From the IMG/VR virus record IMGVR_UViG_3300037470_001281, positions 1 to 41,087 of that record: 41,087 nt of DNA; one strand, written 5' to 3'. Positions 9,695 to 19,844 of the stretch are shown here, piece by piece. Numbering within the stretch: the stretch's first letter is position 1; each line of letters opens with the position of its first letter. This DNA is from a virus (taxonomy: Duplodnaviria > Caudoviricetes). Under the pieces are notes generated by a model. That model ran no database searches and was not told the origin of the DNA. It saw nothing but the letters and a program-made list of their open reading frames with translations. The position numbers and the translations under genes are program-made.

Positions 9695-9806
9695 GGAACT
9701 TGCTACTGTAGTGCTTCAAGGTAGGGCGAGCGACTGATCTGAGCAGGGAACGCGGAAGCACCCGGCCTGAGCAGCCCGCAGCGGACAACTGAACCAAGAC
9801 CGTCAC

Positions 9807-9886
9807 TGCCACGCGGAAGCGAGCAGGACATGCGACTGGAGTCTGAGACTCCGGGATCGTGTGCTCTGCTCGCTTTTTGGCGTGCA
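9807..9886 (+). promoter_or_regulatory. Long RNA hairpin upstream of the major capsid gene
   Basis: AAGCGAGCAG(9817-26)/CTGCTCGCTT(9866-75), CATGCGA/TCGTGTG and CTGGAGTC/GACTCCGG around a TGA loop; T-run on the 3' arm. Confidence 0.65.
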
Positions 9887-9947
9887 TCCCACCTGATCTC
9901 CCCCCTCCCGTCGTGTGTCCGGCTCGCTCCCCCCTATGGAGCGGACC

Positions 9948-11357
9948 ATGAACCGACTCGCCAAGTACCAGGCCCAGCGCGCCGAGACGCTGACCAAGAT
10001 CGACGCCCTCCTCGAGGCCGCGTCGGCGACCGATGACGGCCGGATCACGGCTGCGCAGCAGCCGGAGTATGACGCCCTGAAGGCCCGGGTCGCGTCCCTC
10101 GACGTGTCGATCAAGCAGGAGCAGGACCTGATCGAGGCCGAGCGCACCGCCCCCGCGGTCACGCGGGTGGAGGGGGAGGGCGTCCGGGCGCTCGGCCGTG
10201 TCGGTGCGCCGCGCTCCGAGGCGGACCCGCGGAAGGGTTTCGCCACTCACCGGGACTTCGCCGTCGCGGTGATGGAAAACGCGGGTCTTCGCCACCGGTC
10301 CCAGGTCACGGACGAGCGGCTCCAGGCACTCGTGACCTCCGACGACGGGGACAAGGCGGCCGCCGGTGAGCTGGCCTTCATGCTCCCGGCGGCCTTCACG
10401 CCGCGGGGTCTCTCTGCGGCCGCGGGCTCCGATGAGCAGGGCGGCTACAGCGACCCCTACGGCGGGTACGCGGTGCCCACCACGCGGGCGCCGGGACTCC
10501 TTCAGGTCGGCTTTGAGGGCGATCCCACGGCCGGCCGGACCATGGCCATCCCGATGGCCTCCCCCAACGTCGAGATCATGGCGCGCACCGACAAGGACCA
10601 CACCACCAGCGTGGTGGGGGGCTTCACGGTGACCCGCCGGCCGGAGACGGTGGCTTTCGAGTCGAGCCGCATGGCGCTCGAGATGATCACCCTGAAGGCC
10701 GCCAGCCTGGTCGGGCTGGCCTTCGCCACCGAAGAGATCCTGACCGACTCGGCGATCTCCTTCGCGGCGATCATCGCCAACGGCTTCCGAACCCAGATGT
10801 CTGCCCACCTGCTCAACGAGAAGATCCGGGGCGGTGGCGGCAACGAGTTCTTGGGCGTCCTGAACAGCCCCGCCAAGGTGGCGGTGGCCAAGGAGACGGG
10901 CCAGGCGGCTGACACCATCGTGTCCGCCAACGTCATCAAGATGGCGTCGCGGTCCTGGGGCTTCGCTCAGGCGGTCTTCCTGGCCAACCACGACGCCCGG
11001 CCGCAGCTCGCGACCCTCAGCATCCCGATCGGCACGGCGGGGGTGCTCCTCTACCAGCCGAGCCGTGGCGAGGGCTTCCCGGACATGCTCTGGGGCCGCC
11101 CGGTGTTCTACACCGAGTACGCCAGCACCATCGGCGACGAGGGCGACATCATGCTGGTGAACTGGTCCCAGTACCTCGAGGGGACCTACCAGCCGCTGCA
11201 GAGCGCCGAATCGGTGCACGTCCGGTTCGTCAACCACGAGCGGGCCTTCAAGTTCTGGCTCCGCAACGCCGGCGCCCCGTGGTGGAGGTCTGCCCTCACC
11301 CCGGCCAAGTCGGCGGCCACGCTGTCCCCGATCGTCACCCTGGCCGCGCGCGCCTAA
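9948..11357 (+). CDS. Major capsid protein, HK97 fold, with N-terminal delta/scaffold region
   Basis: Coiled-coil N-terminus, GGYAVP, GGGGNEFLGVLN, LWGRPV, GDIMLVNWSQY; GGAG RBS. Confidence 0.96.
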   Translation: MNRLAKYQAQRAETLTKIDALLEAASATDDGRITAAQQPEYDALKARVASLDVSIKQEQDLIEAERTAPAVTRVEGEGVRALGRVGAPRSEADPRKGFATHRDFAVAVMENAGLRHRSQVTDERLQALVTSDDGDKAAAGELAFMLPAAFTPRGLSAAAGSDEQGGYSDPYGGYAVPTTRAPGLLQVGFEGDPTAGRTMAIPMASPNVEIMARTDKDHTTSVVGGFTVTRRPETVAFESSRMALEMITLKAASLVGLAFATEEILTDSAISFAAIIANGFRTQMSAHLLNEKIRGGGGNEFLGVLNSPAKVAVAKETGQAADTIVSANVIKMASRSWGFAQAVFLANHDARPQLATLSIPIGTAGVLLYQPSRGEGFPDMLWGRPVFYTEYASTIGDEGDIMLVNWSQYLEGTYQPLQSAESVHVRFVNHERAFKFWLRNAGAPWWRSALTPAKSAATLSPIVTLAARA

Positions 11358-11374
11358 CACCCGACCCCCTGAAC

Positions 11375-11394
11375 GCGCCCCCTCCGGGGGGCGC
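11375..11394 (+). terminator. GC hairpin with c(UCCG)g tetraloop after the capsid gene (mRNA stabiliser or weak terminator)
   Basis: GCGCCCCC-TCCG-GGGGGCGC; no U-tract. Confidence 0.5.
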
Positions 11395-11410
11395 TGAGGA
11401 GACCTGACCC

Positions 11411-11884
11411 ATGCCCGCAACGTACGCAGCTCAGCACTTCTTCTCGCGGCTTGCGTGGAAGACCGTCGAGTTCGACGTGACCACGACCGACGCGACGGTG
11501 GCCGACCTCGGCACCCCGCAGGCGGGGACCGACAAGCTCCTCTCGCTCACCGCCAACGGGGGGCTGCTCCGCCTCGCGGTGAAGCTGCTCAAGACCGTCG
11601 GCACCGGCAACACCGACGGCTTCGAGATCATCGCCGCCACGAACGCCGCCGGTACCGGCTCGCCGACGGTGGTCGTGGCCCACGCCGCGCCGACCGGCCA
11701 GAACGCGGTCGGGGACTACATGGTCCTCGAGGTCGACATCAACCAGATCCGCGAGGTGCTGGCCACCGCGACCCACGTCGGCGTGCGGCTCGAGCCCGCC
11801 ACCAACACCGATGAGTTCGTGATCAGCGCGATCGCGGAGTACGCTCACAAGTTCCCGGGCCTCACCGCCGACTTCATCTCGTAA
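11411..11884 (+). CDS. Putative capsid decoration/cement protein
   Basis: Position after capsid gene; beta-rich, Thr/Ala-rich. Confidence 0.55.
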   Translation: MPATYAAQHFFSRLAWKTVEFDVTTTDATVADLGTPQAGTDKLLSLTANGGLLRLAVKLLKTVGTGNTDGFEIIAATNAAGTGSPTVVVAHAAPTGQNAVGDYMVLEVDINQIREVLATATHVGVRLEPATNTDEFVISAIAEYAHKFPGLTADFIS

Positions 11885-11894
11885 GGGGGACCCG

Positions 11895-12356
11895 ATGACC
11901 ATCAATCCGGCAACCCAGGACGCCGCGCTCTATCAGGCGCTCCGGGTGGGGTTCGCGGTAGAACGGGCGGCGGCCACGCTGCCGGCCACCGCCGACACCC
12001 CGTACTTCACGGTGGTCGGGGGGCGGGTGCTCGCCTTCTTCCTGGGTGAGGTCACGACCGTCGTCCAGACCCAGGCGTGCAACGCGAAGCTGATCCACAA
12101 CCCCGACGTGGGCACCGACCTCGACCTCTGCGCCGTGCTCAACATCACGGCCGATGAGGTCGGCACCCTCTACACCATCACCGGCACGCCTGCCGATGCG
12201 CTCCTGGGCGCCGGTCAGGCGGGCCGACTGGGCAGCGGGATCGTCCTCAAGCCCGGCACCGTCGACTTCTCGACCTCGGCGACCAACACCGGGGCCACGA
12301 AGTGGACCTGCTACTACATCCCCCTGGATCCCGGGGCCAGCGTGGTGGCGGCGTAA
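11895..12356 (+). CDS. Putative virion structural (head accessory) protein
   Basis: Position; beta-rich 153 aa. Confidence 0.5.
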   Translation: MTINPATQDAALYQALRVGFAVERAAATLPATADTPYFTVVGGRVLAFFLGEVTTVVQTQACNAKLIHNPDVGTDLDLCAVLNITADEVGTLYTITGTPADALLGAGQAGRLGSGIVLKPGTVDFSTSATNTGATKWTCYYIPLDPGASVVAA

Positions 12357-12359
12357 CCC

Positions 12360-12725
12360 ATGGCCGGCACCGTCACCTCCACCGCGGTCACGCACACCAG
12401 CATCCGCAAGCTGGTGTTCGCCTGGACGTCCGCGGCGGGAGGGGAGGCCGACGGGGTGAGCTCCGTGGCGCTGGACGGCCAACTGGTGGGGCTCACCACG
12501 ATCCCCGCCGCCGGGGGGGCCGCGCCGACCGACAACTACGACGTGCGGCTCCTCGACGCCGACGGGCATGACGTCCTCCTCGGCGCCGGCCTCAACCGGG
12601 ATACGGCGGACACCGAGCACGTGAGCGGAGCGAGCCTGGCCGCGGTGGCCGGATCGGCGCTCACCCTCGAGGTGCGAAACGCCGGCGACGCGAAGCAGGG
12701 CACCGTCATCGTCTACGTGCGCTGA
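12360..12725 (+). CDS. Putative virion structural protein
   Basis: Position; beta-rich 121 aa. Confidence 0.5.
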   Translation: MAGTVTSTAVTHTSIRKLVFAWTSAAGGEADGVSSVALDGQLVGLTTIPAAGGAAPTDNYDVRLLDADGHDVLLGAGLNRDTADTEHVSGASLAAVAGSALTLEVRNAGDAKQGTVIVYVR

Positions 12726-12734
12726 GGGGGACCG

Positions 12735-13316
12735 ATGCCCGAACTGTTCGAGATGGGCGAGCTGATGGACTTCCTGGGCGAGGACGCCACGGACACCGAC
12801 CTCACCGCCCAGGTGGAAGACCTGGCCGACCGGGTGGAGGCGTTGCTCAACGCCGAGTGCGGCCGCTCCGACCGCCCCTTCCAGGCGGCGGAGCTGGCTC
12901 GGGAGGAGATCCACGACGGGACGGGCGGGCGCACGCTCTACCTGGACTATCCCGTCACGACACTCACCGCGGTGGCGCTGGGGACGGATCCCGACGAGCC
13001 GGAGGTGGAGCTCGAGGTGGCCGACCCGACGAAGGTGCAGTTCCGGGCGGGCCACCGTCGGATCCGGCGCTTGGACGGCGCCTTCGGCTGCCAAGGGGAT
13101 CCGGGGTTCGTGCACGTGACCTACGACGCCGCGGCCGACATCCCCGCCTTTGCGGGGCTGGCGGTGATGCGGCGGGTGGCGTCGCTCTGGCGCAACCGGG
13201 GCAGCGAGGACGCCACCAGTGAGCGGTACGGTGGCGCCGCGGTGGAGCTGGTCAACGGCGCCCCGGATGAGGTCTGGAAGCGCGTGGTGGCCCCGTTCGC
13301 GTCGGGGGTGGGGTGA
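12735..13316 (+). CDS. Head-tail adaptor (gp6/gp15-like)
   Basis: Synteny; helical termini with E.HDG..TLYL..YPV beta insert and ASLWRNRG. Confidence 0.75.
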   Translation: MPELFEMGELMDFLGEDATDTDLTAQVEDLADRVEALLNAECGRSDRPFQAAELAREEIHDGTGGRTLYLDYPVTTLTAVALGTDPDEPEVELEVADPTKVQFRAGHRRIRRLDGAFGCQGDPGFVHVTYDAAADIPAFAGLAVMRRVASLWRNRGSEDATSERYGGAAVELVNGAPDEVWKRVVAPFASGVG

Positions 13317-13693
13317 GCCTGCTGGGCCGCGCGAAGGTGCACGGCAGCGTGGTGGACATCCTCCGGCCGACCACCGCGAGGAACAACGACGGCAGCGGGA
13401 AGATCCTCAGCACGACGTACCTGGCCGAGGATGAGCCCTGCCTGATCGAGAGCCTGAGTGATGATCTGGTGCAGAAGCTCTACGGCGCGGAGCGGGTGGT
13501 GAAGGACCGATGCCTGTTGCCGAATACGACCGTGGCGCTGCAGGCGGGAGACGTGGTGGTGGTGACGGCGGGCAAGCGGGTGGGTCGGTACTACTGGACG
13601 GAGAAGGGGCTTCGGCTCAATGACCTCCGGACAAACGGCCACTGGGACATGCCGCTGGTGGAACTGAAGGAGGCGGTGCCGTTGCCGGCGTAG
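13313..13693 (+). CDS. Head closure/stopper protein
   Basis: Synteny and size; VDILRP, LQAGDVV. Confidence 0.6.
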   Translation: MSLLGRAKVHGSVVDILRPTTARNNDGSGKILSTTYLAEDEPCLIESLSDDLVQKLYGAERVVKDRCLLPNTTVALQAGDVVVVTAGKRVGRYYWTEKGLRLNDLRTNGHWDMPLVELKEAVPLPA

Positions 13694-13715
13694 CCGGACC
13701 CCGAGGAGGAGACGG

Positions 13716-14177
13716 ATGGGACGGACGTTCGACATCCTGGGTGACCTCCGGCAGGCGAACCGCGGGCTCCGCGATCACCTGGCCACCGTCGGCGGGGCGA
13801 AGAGCCCGGAGATGATCGGCGAGGCCATCGTGCTCCGGAACGCCTGGCGGAAGGTGCTGTCGGTGAAGGGTGGTGGCATTGCCTCCTCACCCGGTGAGGC
13901 CCCGCGCCGGCAGAAGGGTGTGCTGGCACGCAGCCCAGCCCAGGGCATCGTCGGCACGGGGCGGCGGGTCGGATTGACCCGCTTCACGGCCACGATCCTC
14001 GAGGAAGGGGCGGACACGCGGCGGCCCACCGCCAGCGGACGGCGGCGGAGCAAGGCCCGGAAGGGCTACCGCCTCCAGCCCCGCCCCTCGGCAGAGCGGG
14101 CTCTGGACCTCGCCCGGCCGCAGATGGGAACGACGTTCGCCGAACGCTCCGCCGCGCGGATGCCGGCCGCGTTCTGA
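13716..14177 (+). CDS. HK97 gp10-like tail completion protein
   Basis: SSPGEAPRRQKGVL, LEEGA, LQPRP; basic. Confidence 0.7.
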   Translation: MGRTFDILGDLRQANRGLRDHLATVGGAKSPEMIGEAIVLRNAWRKVLSVKGGGIASSPGEAPRRQKGVLARSPAQGIVGTGRRVGLTRFTATILEEGADTRRPTASGRRRSKARKGYRLQPRPSAERALDLARPQMGTTFAERSAARMPAAF

Positions 14178-14626
14178 TGGCCCTGACAGATCTGGAGCAG
14201 ACGTTCCGCGAGGCGCTGGTGACGATCCTCGACGCCGCGGCGGAGGTGAAAGAGGCCACGGGCCGCGCGACCGGGGTGCAGGTGGTGGAGTTCGGGCAGT
14301 GGGCCGAGTCGGATGCTGCCCTGCCCCTCCTGGTCTACGACCTGGTGGGGTTCGACAAGTCGAGCGGGGAGATCAGCCTGGCCCTCTCGGCGGTGGCCAA
14401 CGGAGGGAACGCCGCGCGGGATGCGCGCCGACTCCTCCGCGCCGGTAGCGCCGCCCTGACCTGCGCCGCCTTCCTGGCCCAGAGCCTGGACGTGGCGCGG
14501 TTCGATGGGGCCCGGAACTCCGTGATCCTCGGCGATGAGGACCGGGGGCTGGAGCGACAGGGGACGCCCGACCTGTACCAGGCCGATGAGACGATCGCCA
14601 TGCAACTGCTGACTGTGCCGGATTGA
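14177..14626 (+). CDS. Tail terminator protein
   Basis: Synteny; acidic; LPLLVY motif. Confidence 0.6.
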   Translation: MALTDLEQTFREALVTILDAAAEVKEATGRATGVQVVEFGQWAESDAALPLLVYDLVGFDKSSGEISLALSAVANGGNAARDARRLLRAGSAALTCAAFLAQSLDVARFDGARNSVILGDEDRGLERQGTPDLYQADETIAMQLLTVPD

Positions 14627-14647
14627 CCCGAACCCGAGGACTGAACG

Positions 14648-15376
14648 ATGCCGCGCTCCATCAACGCCACCGAGATCTTCCGCAAGCTGCGCTTCGTCGA
14701 CGTGTACGACCAGGTGGCCGGCGGGGGCTCCACCACGACCGCCGAGGCGATCACCGCCGGCATGGACGAGGTGGACATCACCGCGTCCACATCCTTCACC
14801 ACCGCCGACCCCGTCTTCATCGAGGGCACCGGCGGGCTGGAGCGGACGGCCATCACCGGCACCCTGGCCACCACGCCGTGCCTCCTGAACCGGCCGCTCC
14901 TGCTGGCCCAGGACAACGGCGCCACCTTCATCGAGGCGGTGCGCAAGCAGCTCGGCTACATCGAGCAGGCCGGCGCGAACCTCAACTTCGCCAAGCAGCT
15001 CGAGGACATCCTGGCCGCGAACGCCGACAACCCCGTGGCGTTCATCGAGGGTGCCTTCACCATGGAGTGCAACTTCAGCCTCCTGAGCCAGTCGCCGCTC
15101 AACTGGCAGCTGATGCTGGGCTACGCCGACGCCGAGACCGGGGCCGGCAGCGCTGCCGACCCACACGCGGTCGTGCTCGGCGCCACCGACCAGGCGGCCT
15201 CACCGACCCGGATCTTCAGCCTGAGCGCGCTGCTCCAGGGCGGGAAGTTCTTCGAGCTCGACATGGTCGGGGCCCGGATGACGGTCTCGGGCGGGCCGAC
15301 CTTCGGGCGGAGCGTCTCCAGCATCCCGATCGGGTTCCGGTTCACGCAGGCGATGATCCGCACCTGGGCGGGCTGA
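14648..15376 (+). CDS. Major tail tube protein
   Basis: Synteny, size and beta-rich composition; strong RBS. Confidence 0.7.
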   Translation: MPRSINATEIFRKLRFVDVYDQVAGGGSTTTAEAITAGMDEVDITASTSFTTADPVFIEGTGGLERTAITGTLATTPCLLNRPLLLAQDNGATFIEAVRKQLGYIEQAGANLNFAKQLEDILAANADNPVAFIEGAFTMECNFSLLSQSPLNWQLMLGYADAETGAGSAADPHAVVLGATDQAASPTRIFSLSALLQGGKFFELDMVGARMTVSGGPTFGRSVSSIPIGFRFTQAMIRTWAG

Positions 15377-15386
15377 GCCGGGACGG

Positions 15387-16304
15387 ATGGGACGCCGTGA
15401 TGCATGGGGAGTGTCGGCCCTGCGAGATCGTTGCGCGGCTCTTCGCGACGCGGTCCTGCGGGACGACCTCGCCACGGCCCCCGAACTCGACAGCGTCGCG
15501 CCTGGCGGGGAGGAGAACCCCTACCCCGCCGGCCGCGGCGCCTGGCTGCACTACTTCGCCCAACTGATCCGCTTCACCGAGCGCCTCACCACCCGGGAGA
15601 CGCTCGCCGAAAAAGACCTGGAGGCGGCGCGCAAGGAAGCGTACGCCGGCCTCCGCGAGCAGCCCGTCCAGGTGGAGCTGATCCACCCCGACCCCGCCGG
15701 CAACGCCCAGTCCCTCGCGGTCTACCCCAAGAGCTTCGACGCCCTCTGCCTGGTCGATGAGATCGACATCGGGATCCGCTTCATCCTGAGCCAGGCGGAT
15801 CGCCTCGAAGCCTCCGGCAGCGCCGAGCACACCCTCCGCGCCCAGGAGGCGCGACGGGCCGCGAGTGAGCTGCACCAGGTGGTGTGCTGGATCGCCTGCA
15901 CCAAGGGCCCCAGCGTGCCGTTCGACTCGACGGAGCCCCATCCACCGGCGCCCGGGCCCTACCGCGACCTGGACCCGTTCGACATCCTGCTGATCCTCCA
16001 GGCGTTCCACCGCGTGAACCGCACCCGGTTCGAGGCGGTGGGCCGCCTGATGGGCCGCACCCCACAGGCCGACGACGCCGCCGACCCCTCCCGCGCCTCC
16101 TGGGAGACGCTCGGCCTGGCCGTCGCCGAGCACCAGCGCTGCCCGATCGAGCACCTCCTCCGGGATCGCTCGCTGGTGGCGTGGGTCTCCCAGTCGGCCC
16201 TGACCTGGGATCAGCGGGCCCGGGCCGCCGAAGAAGCCGAACGCCAGAACACCGCCCAGAGTGGATCCGCCCCCGCCTTCGCCGGTATCGGCGGGGAGCG
16301 GTAG
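15387..16304 (+). CDS. Putative tail assembly chaperone (single ORF)
   Basis: Between tail tube and tape measure genes; start uncertain. Confidence 0.55.
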   Translation: MGRRDAWGVSALRDRCAALRDAVLRDDLATAPELDSVAPGGEENPYPAGRGAWLHYFAQLIRFTERLTTRETLAEKDLEAARKEAYAGLREQPVQVELIHPDPAGNAQSLAVYPKSFDALCLVDEIDIGIRFILSQADRLEASGSAEHTLRAQEARRAASELHQVVCWIACTKGPSVPFDSTEPHPPAPGPYRDLDPFDILLILQAFHRVNRTRFEAVGRLMGRTPQADDAADPSRASWETLGLAVAEHQRCPIEHLLRDRSLVAWVSQSALTWDQRARAAEEAERQNTAQSGSAPAFAGIGGER

Positions 16305-16307
16305 GCC

Positions 16308-19300
16308 GTGGCCCGCTCGATCACCGTCGCCCGGCTGTTCTACCAGCTCGAGGCGAACACCAAGGGCCTCGACCGCGAGTTGCAGGGGGCCGAGAAGAGC
16401 CTCGGCCGCACCGCCGCCTTCATCAAGGCCAACCCCGTCGTGGCCCTGGCGGCACTCGGCACGGCCATGGTGGCCGTCGCGGCGAAGGCCGTGGCCATGG
16501 CCTCAGGGTTTGAGAAGAGCATGGCGGAGGTCTCCACCCTGGTCGATACCACCAGCGTGGACATGCGGAAGCTGGCCGACGGCGTGCTCAACCTCTACCG
16601 CAACCTCCCGGTCGAGAACATCGACGATCTCACCAAGGGCCTCTACAACGTCATCTCGGCGGGCGTGCCCGCCGGCGAAGCGATCGAGTTCCTGGACATT
16701 GCCGCCCGCGGCGCCGTCGGTGGTGTCACGGATGTGAACACTGCCGTGGGAGGGCTGACCACCGCGGTGAACGCTTTCAAGACCCAGGGGGTCACGGCCA
16801 CGGAGGCCGCCGACAAGTTCTTCGTGGCGGTGAAGGGCGGAACCACGACCTTCTCGGAGATCTCTGGCTCGATCGGTAACGTGGCAAGCCTGGCGAACTC
16901 CCTCGGCGTCTCCCTGGACGACCTGCTCGCGAACATGGTGGCCCTCACCAAGAACGGTATCAACACCAGCACCGCCTTCAACTCCCTCCGCCAGGTGCTC
17001 GCGAATGTAGCCAAGCCCACCGCCGAGCTCCGCCGGGAGTACCCCGCGCTGGCGAAGGAGTTCAACCTCGCCGCCCTCAAGGCCAAGGGGCTGACGGGGT
17101 TCATGCTCGACCTGGCGCCCGCCCTGAAGGGCAACGACGATGCCGCGGTGAAGATGTTCGGGTCCGTCGAGGCCCTGAATGCGGTCATGGGCCTGACGGC
17201 GGACGGTGGGGAGGAGCTCCGGCGCATTCAGGATGAGATGACAAATTCCGCCGGCGCCAGCGCCGCGGCGTTCGACAAGATGGCCAAGACCAACGCGAAC
17301 CTGAACCAGATCATGAAGAACCAGTTCGCGGCCTCGATGATCGAGCTCGGCGTGTCGATCCTGCCAACCGTGAACTACGCGCTCCAGGCCATGATCGGGT
17401 TCTTCGACACCATCTCCGGCGCGGTCCAGCGGATGAAGACGAACGATGCGGCTCGCAGCATCGAGACCATCGCGACCGCCATGGACAAGCTGAGCCCGGA
17501 GTCCCGGGCCCGGGAGCTGGAGCGGCTGCGCGTGGCGATGTCCCAGGTGGCCGGGATCACGTCCGGCGCCGCCGCGGGCTTTGGCAACTTCGCGGGGATC
17601 GCCCGCCAGCTCGGCACGGAGGCGACCAAGCTCGGCACCCAGGACCTGCAGACGCTCTATCAGGGGTTGAGTGCGGCGGCCACCTCAGGCGAGCTGACCA
17701 CCAAGCAGATGGATGATGTCCGCCGAGCCCTGAACGGGGTGGCCCGCGAGCTCACCAGCCGCGGTGATGCGATCATCCCCGCCTCGGCGGTGAAGAGCCT
17801 GGACGACACCTCCGACGCCGCGAACACCACCACGACCAGCCTCGGCAACACCGGCACGGCCACCGCCGATCTCGCCCAGAAGGCGAAGGCGTCGGCCGAC
17901 AAGTACGCCGCCGGCATGAAGCGCCTCACCGAGACGCTGGCCCAGGCCACCACGACCATGGTGGACGACACCGAGCTCGCGATCGAGCGCCTGAGCGAGG
18001 AGCTCCGCGCCTCCGGGATCGCTGGCGCCGACGCGGCCCGCGGGCTCCGCCCCCTGCAGGACCAGCTCCGGCTGATCAAGCTGAATGAGTCGCTCGAGCT
18101 CCCGGAGATCCTGAAGAAGGCCGCGAAGGCGTGGACCCCGCAGGATGTGCAGCGCCTCCGGGACGCCCAGGTGCAGCTCCGCGCCATGCTCCGCGACACC
18201 ACCCAGCTGGTGCCTGGCACCAAGGCGTGGCAGGACGCCCAGGAGCGGCTCTTCGAGGTGACCCGCCGCCTCAGCGAGGAGAGCGAGTGGAACCTCGGCC
18301 TGACAACCGCCACCACGGCGCAGGTCGAGCGGGCCCTCAAGCCCTCCGCGGAGTGGGTCGCCCGCGCGCGCGCGCTGGGGATCCAGCTCGACGAGAACGG
18401 CCAGATCATCAGCAGCACCACGGAGCGGTCCGTCGAGCTCGGCAGCAAGATCAAGGACATCGCCCAGGGCGCCATCGGTGTGGCCGAAGGGTTCGGGCTC
18501 ATCGACTCCAAGGCGGCCTCCGCCCTGCAGCACGTGGTGGGGATCGCCGACAGCCTGCCCAAGGCGTTCAGCGGAGACCCCAGCGCGATCTTCTCGGTCC
18601 TCGGCGGCCTCACCGGCATCATCGGCTCCCTCTTCAGCGGCAACTCGGCCGAAGAGCGGGCCCGCAAGGAACTGCTGCGGAAGAACACCGAGGCGCTCCA
18701 GGACCTCGAGCGCACCAACGGCCAACTCCTCCGGGTCAGCTCCCCCGGCTTCAAGATCAGCGGCATCCGCGACACCCTGTCGCAGGTCCTCCCGGGGGTG
18801 GAGCCGATCGGCACCGCCAAGGGCAACGCCTCCCGGGCCCTCACCGAGAAGATGCTTCGGGAGCTGCTCGGCCCCGCGCTGCTCAAGGCCGGCCTCAGCG
18901 TCGGGGACCTCGACAAGCTCGCCGAGAACCTTGGGATCAAGATCCGGACCGACAAGGGGGAGTTCAGCTTCCAGGGACTCACCGACCTCCTGAAGGCCCT
19001 GGAGACCGGGCAGTTCACCCGCTTTGCCGACGAGATCAACGAACAGTTCGACCGGATCAAGACCGGCATCGAGCTCGGCGTGATCGATCCCGCCGACGAG
19101 TTGGCGGAGATCCTCAAGATCCTCTCCCGCCCCGAGCTCGGCAAAGGCGTGCCCGCGATCGCGCGCGCGTTTTCGGGGATCGACATCGGCACGGCCGAAG
19201 GCCGGGAACAGGCCCGCGGCAACCTCCGGGGCCTGTTCAGCGACCTGGAACGCGGCACCCTCGACCCCGCCGACTTCGGCGGCCTCAACGGGGCCGAGTT

Positions 19301-19844
19301 TCGGGACATCCTGGTGAAGCTCTTCGGGTTCCTGAAGGAGAACGCCAGCGACACCCCGCCGGGCGGCGAGGTGGACGACGAGCTCCCGGAGCCGCCACCC
19401 GCGGACGACGAGACCCGCACCCCTCCCGTCGAGCCGCCCACGCCCGATGAGGAGGAAGCGCCGATCGTCGCCGGGGTCTCCGCCGGTGTCGACGACAGCG
19501 AGACGTTGGGCCACGTGATTCCCGCCTCCCTGGACAGCCTCCTCGAGACGAACCAGGCGGCCACCCGGTACCTCGGCCTCATCCTGGCGGAGATCGCCCG
19601 CGGCGGCCCCCTCGTGCCCCCTTCCCTTCCTGTCGGGTTCGGGAGCTTCACCACCGCCGCGCCCCAGCGCGGGGCCGTCTCGATCACGATCGGGGATGTG
19701 CACGTGCACGTCGCGGGTTCCGCGGCCAGCCCCCAGGAGATCGGCCAGACCACCGCCGACTCGATCATGCAGCGCGTGGACCGCCACCTCGCCGACGAGA
19801 TGCAGCGTTCCCGGATCGTCCGCGGCGACGGAGGGCTCAGCTGA
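16308..19844 (+). CDS. Tail tape measure protein (TP901-family core)
   Basis: 1178 aa, Ala-rich helical; FEKSMAEV, GLYNVISAG, GTTTFSEI, MFGSVEA. Confidence 0.95.
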   Translation: MARSITVARLFYQLEANTKGLDRELQGAEKSLGRTAAFIKANPVVALAALGTAMVAVAAKAVAMASGFEKSMAEVSTLVDTTSVDMRKLADGVLNLYRNLPVENIDDLTKGLYNVISAGVPAGEAIEFLDIAARGAVGGVTDVNTAVGGLTTAVNAFKTQGVTATEAADKFFVAVKGGTTTFSEISGSIGNVASLANSLGVSLDDLLANMVALTKNGINTSTAFNSLRQVLANVAKPTAELRREYPALAKEFNLAALKAKGLTGFMLDLAPALKGNDDAAVKMFGSVEALNAVMGLTADGGEELRRIQDEMTNSAGASAAAFDKMAKTNANLNQIMKNQFAASMIELGVSILPTVNYALQAMIGFFDTISGAVQRMKTNDAARSIETIATAMDKLSPESRARELERLRVAMSQVAGITSGAAAGFGNFAGIARQLGTEATKLGTQDLQTLYQGLSAAATSGELTTKQMDDVRRALNGVARELTSRGDAIIPASAVKSLDDTSDAANTTTTSLGNTGTATADLAQKAKASADKYAAGMKRLTETLAQATTTMVDDTELAIERLSEELRASGIAGADAARGLRPLQDQLRLIKLNESLELPEILKKAAKAWTPQDVQRLRDAQVQLRAMLRDTTQLVPGTKAWQDAQERLFEVTRRLSEESEWNLGLTTATTAQVERALKPSAEWVARARALGIQLDENGQIISSTTERSVELGSKIKDIAQGAIGVAEGFGLIDSKAASALQHVVGIADSLPKAFSGDPSAIFSVLGGLTGIIGSLFSGNSAEERARKELLRKNTEALQDLERTNGQLLRVSSPGFKISGIRDTLSQVLPGVEPIGTAKGNASRALTEKMLRELLGPALLKAGLSVGDLDKLAENLGIKIRTDKGEFSFQGLTDLLKALETGQFTRFADEINEQFDRIKTGIELGVIDPADELAEILKILSRPELGKGVPAIARAFSGIDIGTAEGREQARGNLRGLFSDLERGTLDPADFGGLNGAEFRDILVKLFGFLKENASDTPPGGEVDDELPEPPPADDETRTPPVEPPTPDEEEAPIVAGVSAGVDDSETLGHVIPASLDSLLETNQAATRYLGLILAEIARGGPLVPPSLPVGFGSFTTAAPQRGAVSITIGDVHVHVAGSAASPQEIGQTTADSIMQRVDRHLADEMQRSRIVRGDGGLS

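Noticed and set aside
9700-9727. Promoter TTGCTA...TAGGGC before the capsid leader
   Set aside because: Poor -10 match; unsupported without TSS data
15600-15620. Programmed -1 frameshift in the tail chaperone (GAAAAAG)
   Set aside because: Not a canonical XXXYYYZ heptamer, and one ORF already spans to the tape measure gene
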